Shown here: positions 61,162-64,000 of the stretch, in pieces | How positions within the stretch are numbered: the first letter of the stretch is position 1 | Layout of the letters: every line of letters starts with the position of its first letter | Assembly: GCA_965203355.1 (NCBI GenBank) | Contig: OZ241889.1 | Coordinates: 2,720,001 to 2,784,000 of the forward strand | Source: Candidatus Latescibacterota bacterium | Lineage (GTDB): Bacteria; Latescibacterota; UBA2968; UBA8231 | DNA length: 64,000 nucleotides | Direction: 5' to 3' | Translations under genes and position numbers: made by a program | Notes under the pieces: model-generated | Databases searched by the model: none | What the model saw: the letters and a program-made list of their open reading frames with translations, nothing else | What the model was told of the DNA's origin: nothing

Positions 61162-61644
61162 ATGTCGTTGAGCCACAAGGCGATATGTTCACTTCTCGCA
61201 TTGGCCCTTTTGAGTCCCCTAAAGGGTAGGGCTGAACTAGACTGGGCCATCTTGAACAGTACGCGCGAAGTCACCGAAGCCGAGTGGTTGCGGTTGCAAC
61301 TGTCCGTATTGGGGTTAAAACTGAGCTATCCAGCCTATCGCATCGACCTAAAACTGACCGAAGATTCCGCGATTGAATTTACCTTTGTCGCCAGTAGTGG
61401 GATGGCCGAGCATTTGACCGAAGACTTGGATAAGAGCGAAGCCAACGAGGTTGTTTCCTACCACGCGCAAGGCATAAGCGACCAAGTAGAAACATTGATC
61501 CGCGATGAGTTCCCGAACTTGTGGTCGAGCTTTGATCCGCGCCAAGACTTTCGCGGGCAATTTCTCGGCCCAAGCGAGAAGTGGAACGACCCGCCGCGAG
61601 AAATCGGCACTTGGTTGGAAAACAAATTCTCTTGGGGCCGCTAA
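61162..61644 (+). CDS. Hypothetical secreted protein
   Basis: GAAAGGTGG RBS, signal-peptide-like N-terminus; no family recognised. Confidence 0.6.
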   Translation: MSLSHKAICSLLALALLSPLKGRAELDWAILNSTREVTEAEWLRLQLSVLGLKLSYPAYRIDLKLTEDSAIEFTFVASSGMAEHLTEDLDKSEANEVVSYHAQGISDQVETLIRDEFPNLWSSFDPRQDFRGQFLGPSEKWNDPPREIGTWLENKFSWGR

Positions 61645-61656
61645 GGGCTAGTGCCC

Positions 61657-61893
61657 TTATTCCGGGTCGCGTTGGATCATGGCTCTATGCGTTGATTCGT
61701 CGAGGAAGATGTCCTTGTCGATGACCGGCTCTTCGGTGGTCACGATCCAGCCGCGCACTTGCCGACCGAAGACCTTAATCTCCTTGCGCTCGGCGTTGAT
61801 GACCCTGGACGAAGCGGTGTGCCGCTCTTTGTTGATACAGAAAAAAGTGTGCCGGCGCGTCGTGCCTTTTTCCTTGCCTTCCATGCGTTCCAT
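61657..61893 (-). CDS. Small hypothetical protein
   Basis: AAAGG RBS directly downstream of the hemE stop; fills the gap; protein-like composition. Confidence 0.55.
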   Translation of the reverse strand: MERMEGKEKGTTRRHTFFCINKERHTASSRVINAERKEIKVFGRQVRGWIVTTEEPVIDKDIFLDESTHRAMIQRDPE

Positions 61894-61905
61894 CCGCTAT
61901 ACCTT

Positions 61906-62937
61906 TCAAGTGGGCGCGAACTGGTGGACCACATCCACTAGCAATTTGACCTTTTCATAGGGCGTGTCTGGATAGACGCCGTGCCCCAAGTTGAAGATGT
62001 GCGGGCGGCCCCGACCCTGCTTTAGAATGTGCCGAGCGGCCTTGGCAATGCTCGCCTCTGAGCCGTAGAGGGCGCAGGGGTCTAGATTGCCTTGTAAAGG
62101 CATGGTATCTCCGAACAATCCGTAAGCGGCTTCGAGCTCAATTCGCCAATCGAGGCTTAGGACCTGGGCACCGACGCGGCCCAAGCTGGACAGGTGTTGC
62201 GCCCCGGCAAGTGGGAAGTAAATGACCGGAGCATCCAGCGCGGCGAGGCGGCGGCAGACTCGCCGCACATAGGGCAGAGCGAATTCGTTGAACTGCGCTG
62301 GCGACAGCAAACCGATGGAAGTGTCGAAAATCTGGACAGCTTGGGCACCGGCCGCGACCTGGGCGCATAAGAAGCGGCCGGCGAGGTCGGTGAGCAGATC
62401 GAGCAGCCGATGGGCGAGAGCGGGGTCGCTGTGGATCATGCGGCGAAAGGCCGGAAAGTCTTTGGCATGGCTCCCTTCCACTAGCCAAGTGGCTAAGGTG
62501 AAAGGCCCGCCGGTATACCCGATGAGTGGGATCGCGGGAGGCAGAGCGTTGCGTACCAGGCGTGCCGCTTCTAAGACGTAAGCGAGGTCGTCCTCGGGGA
62601 CGGGGCTGCGGAGGCCGTCCACGTCGGCGGCTGAGCGGATTGGGCGGGCGAAAACAGGGCCAGGTGCGTAGGTCAACTCGCGGCCGAGTGCCTCTAAGGG
62701 CGTCACTAGGTCGGTAAAGAGAATAGCCGCATCCACCCCGAGCAGATCGACCGGCATGAGGGTAATTTCAGCGGCGAGTTCCGGGGTTTTGAAAAGTTTG
62801 AGCAGCGAACCGTGCCGCTGGCGCAGATCTCGGTACGGCTTGAGGATTCGGCCAGCTTGACGCATGATCCAGATGGGAGGCGTTGTCGGTTGTTGGCCCC
62901 GACAGGCTTGGAGAAAGGGAGCGGTTGAATCGGACAA
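61906..62937 (-). CDS. hemE: Uroporphyrinogen decarboxylase
   Basis: WIMRQAGR, DAAILFTD, GGPFTLAT, QIFDT, LQGNLDP, IFNLGHG. Confidence 0.97.
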   Translation of the reverse strand: MSDSTAPFLQACRGQQPTTPPIWIMRQAGRILKPYRDLRQRHGSLLKLFKTPELAAEITLMPVDLLGVDAAILFTDLVTPLEALGRELTYAPGPVFARPIRSAADVDGLRSPVPEDDLAYVLEAARLVRNALPPAIPLIGYTGGPFTLATWLVEGSHAKDFPAFRRMIHSDPALAHRLLDLLTDLAGRFLCAQVAAGAQAVQIFDTSIGLLSPAQFNEFALPYVRRVCRRLAALDAPVIYFPLAGAQHLSSLGRVGAQVLSLDWRIELEAAYGLFGDTMPLQGNLDPCALYGSEASIAKAARHILKQGRGRPHIFNLGHGVYPDTPYEKVKLLVDVVHQFAPT

Positions 62938-62941
62938 AGTG

Positions 62942-64000
62942 CTAGCGACCCGGTTCGACCATCCACTCGGGCAAGGCGATGCGATAGGTAACTACGTCCT
63001 CCAGCGGCTTGAAGCGGACGCGGTCGCCTTCCATATCGGCCCGATAGACGTCGGGATCCTCGCCGCCGGACTTGAAGGCCAACAGGCGCAACCGGGGTAG
63101 TTTGCGATCTGGCCAGTACTGGCCCACGTCAATTACTATATCGGTTTGGCACCCAAAGGGCACGACGTCAATTTCCCATTTGCGCTCTTTAATGGCGACA
63201 GCACCGTCGAGTTCTACCGGACCAAGTCGCCTCCGTTGCCCTCGGGTATCAACGAACAAATAGTCCGCGCAAGAAGCGTAGTCTAGGTGCCCTGAGCCAG
63301 CGTCGGCTGAATAGACCAACAGCGATGAGTCCTGCCAAGCGCAAAACGAGCCTGGGGAAAGGAGATAGGCCACATCACCTTGGTGGACGGACCAAGGCTG
63401 CTCCCAACCGAGGTTGGCATAGACTTCGAGGCCATTGTCGTACGTCACCCGCACCTGTCCGTGGGCAAACGCACCGGAAAGCAACGCGTCATTCGTCGTC
63501 AAAAACTGGTCGTTGTGACAGTAGGCAATAGCGCGTACCGGGACGCGGAGGTAGTGCTTTTGCAGTTCGCGCAGCATGTAGTAGGATTTGACCGTAGAGG
63601 CGATGCCCCACTCCAACTGGTCCGGGAGCAAACAGGCGTGGCCAAAGGCCGCGGTCGCGGCGAGATAGCGGTCGAGATAGGCACTGTGACTGTGTTTTTC
63701 GCCTTGGGGGATGTGCCCGGCAAAGTACTGGTCGATGGTCCCCAGCCCCGCATCGGTTTCAATGGGATGGAGATTTTGCAGATCAAAGTCCACCAGCGGC
63801 GGAATGCGGCTGGGATCGTTGCCGGCCATGCGAGCAAGATAGCCGGTCAGGAGGCCAGCGTAGAACCAGTGATTGCCGCCATTCCCGATGGCCAAGCCCG
63901 CTTGGGCTTGGGAGCGGAGGATGCTCTGTTGCCGAGAATAGCTACTCGCCAAGTGGCCGGTTGCCACTGCATCGTCGCTGAAGTCGTTGAATTCCCAAGG
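62942..64000 (-). CDS. C-terminal part of a large hypothetical protein (possibly glycoside-hydrolase-like), 5' end outside the window
   Basis: The frame stays open to the window edge (PWEFNDFSDDAVATGH…); motifs NHWFYAGL, LVDFDL…HP, DRYLAATAAFGH, YDNGLEVYAN. Confidence 0.65.
   Translation of the reverse strand, partial: PWEFNDFSDDAVATGHLASSYSRQQSILRSQAQAGLAIGNGGNHWFYAGLLTGYLARMAGNDPSRIPPLVDFDLQNLHPIETDAGLGTIDQYFAGHIPQGEKHSHSAYLDRYLAATAAFGHACLLPDQLEWGIASTVKSYYMLRELQKHYLRVPVRAIAYCHNDQFLTTNDALLSGAFAHGQVRVTYDNGLEVYANLGWEQPWSVHQGDVAYLLSPGSFCAWQDSSLLVYSADAGSGHLDYASCADYLFVDTRGQRRRLGPVELDGAVAIKERKWEIDVVPFGCQTDIVIDVGQYWPDRKLPRLRLLAFKSGGEDPDVYRADMEGDRVRFKPLEDVVTYRIALPEWMVEPGR

Overview
This is a gene-dense, GC-rich bacterial chromosome segment. 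The FlgD-like C-terminal sorting domain, Bacteroidota-style RpoD, RNase Y and Wzi-like porin suggest an FCB-group organism such as Ca. Latescibacterota (inference). Most of it is housekeeping or metabolic: mltG (partial, missed by the ORF track), ftsA, ssb, eno, nth, dat, sodA, folE, rny, dxr, queD, msrAB, korAB, hemE, tRNA-Thr(CGT) and tRNA-Asn(GTT). Two loci stand out. (1) A 1873-aa modular surface protein gene is bracketed by two degenerate ~100-120 bp direct repeats. It has a compositionally distinct N-terminal part and a long leader carrying a G13 tract, an IHF-like palindrome and a 7-mer tandem repeat, which together look like a variable or exchangeable adhesin cassette. (2) A sigma54-dependent pspA operon has a consensus -24/-12 box, an IHF site and PspF-like UAS elements, but no pspB/pspC. 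It instead encodes a TPR histidine kinase and a receiver-fused PspF-like activator lacking the PspA-binding Trp, which suggests a phosphorylation-controlled Psp system. Also present are a frameshifted cytochrome P450 remnant, a degenerate UvrA paralogue, a Cys-less AbfD/HpaB homologue, an orphan ftsA and korAB flanked by two CBS proteins. No CRISPR array, rRNA, integrase or transposase was seen. All calls come from reading motifs by eye; no database searches were run.
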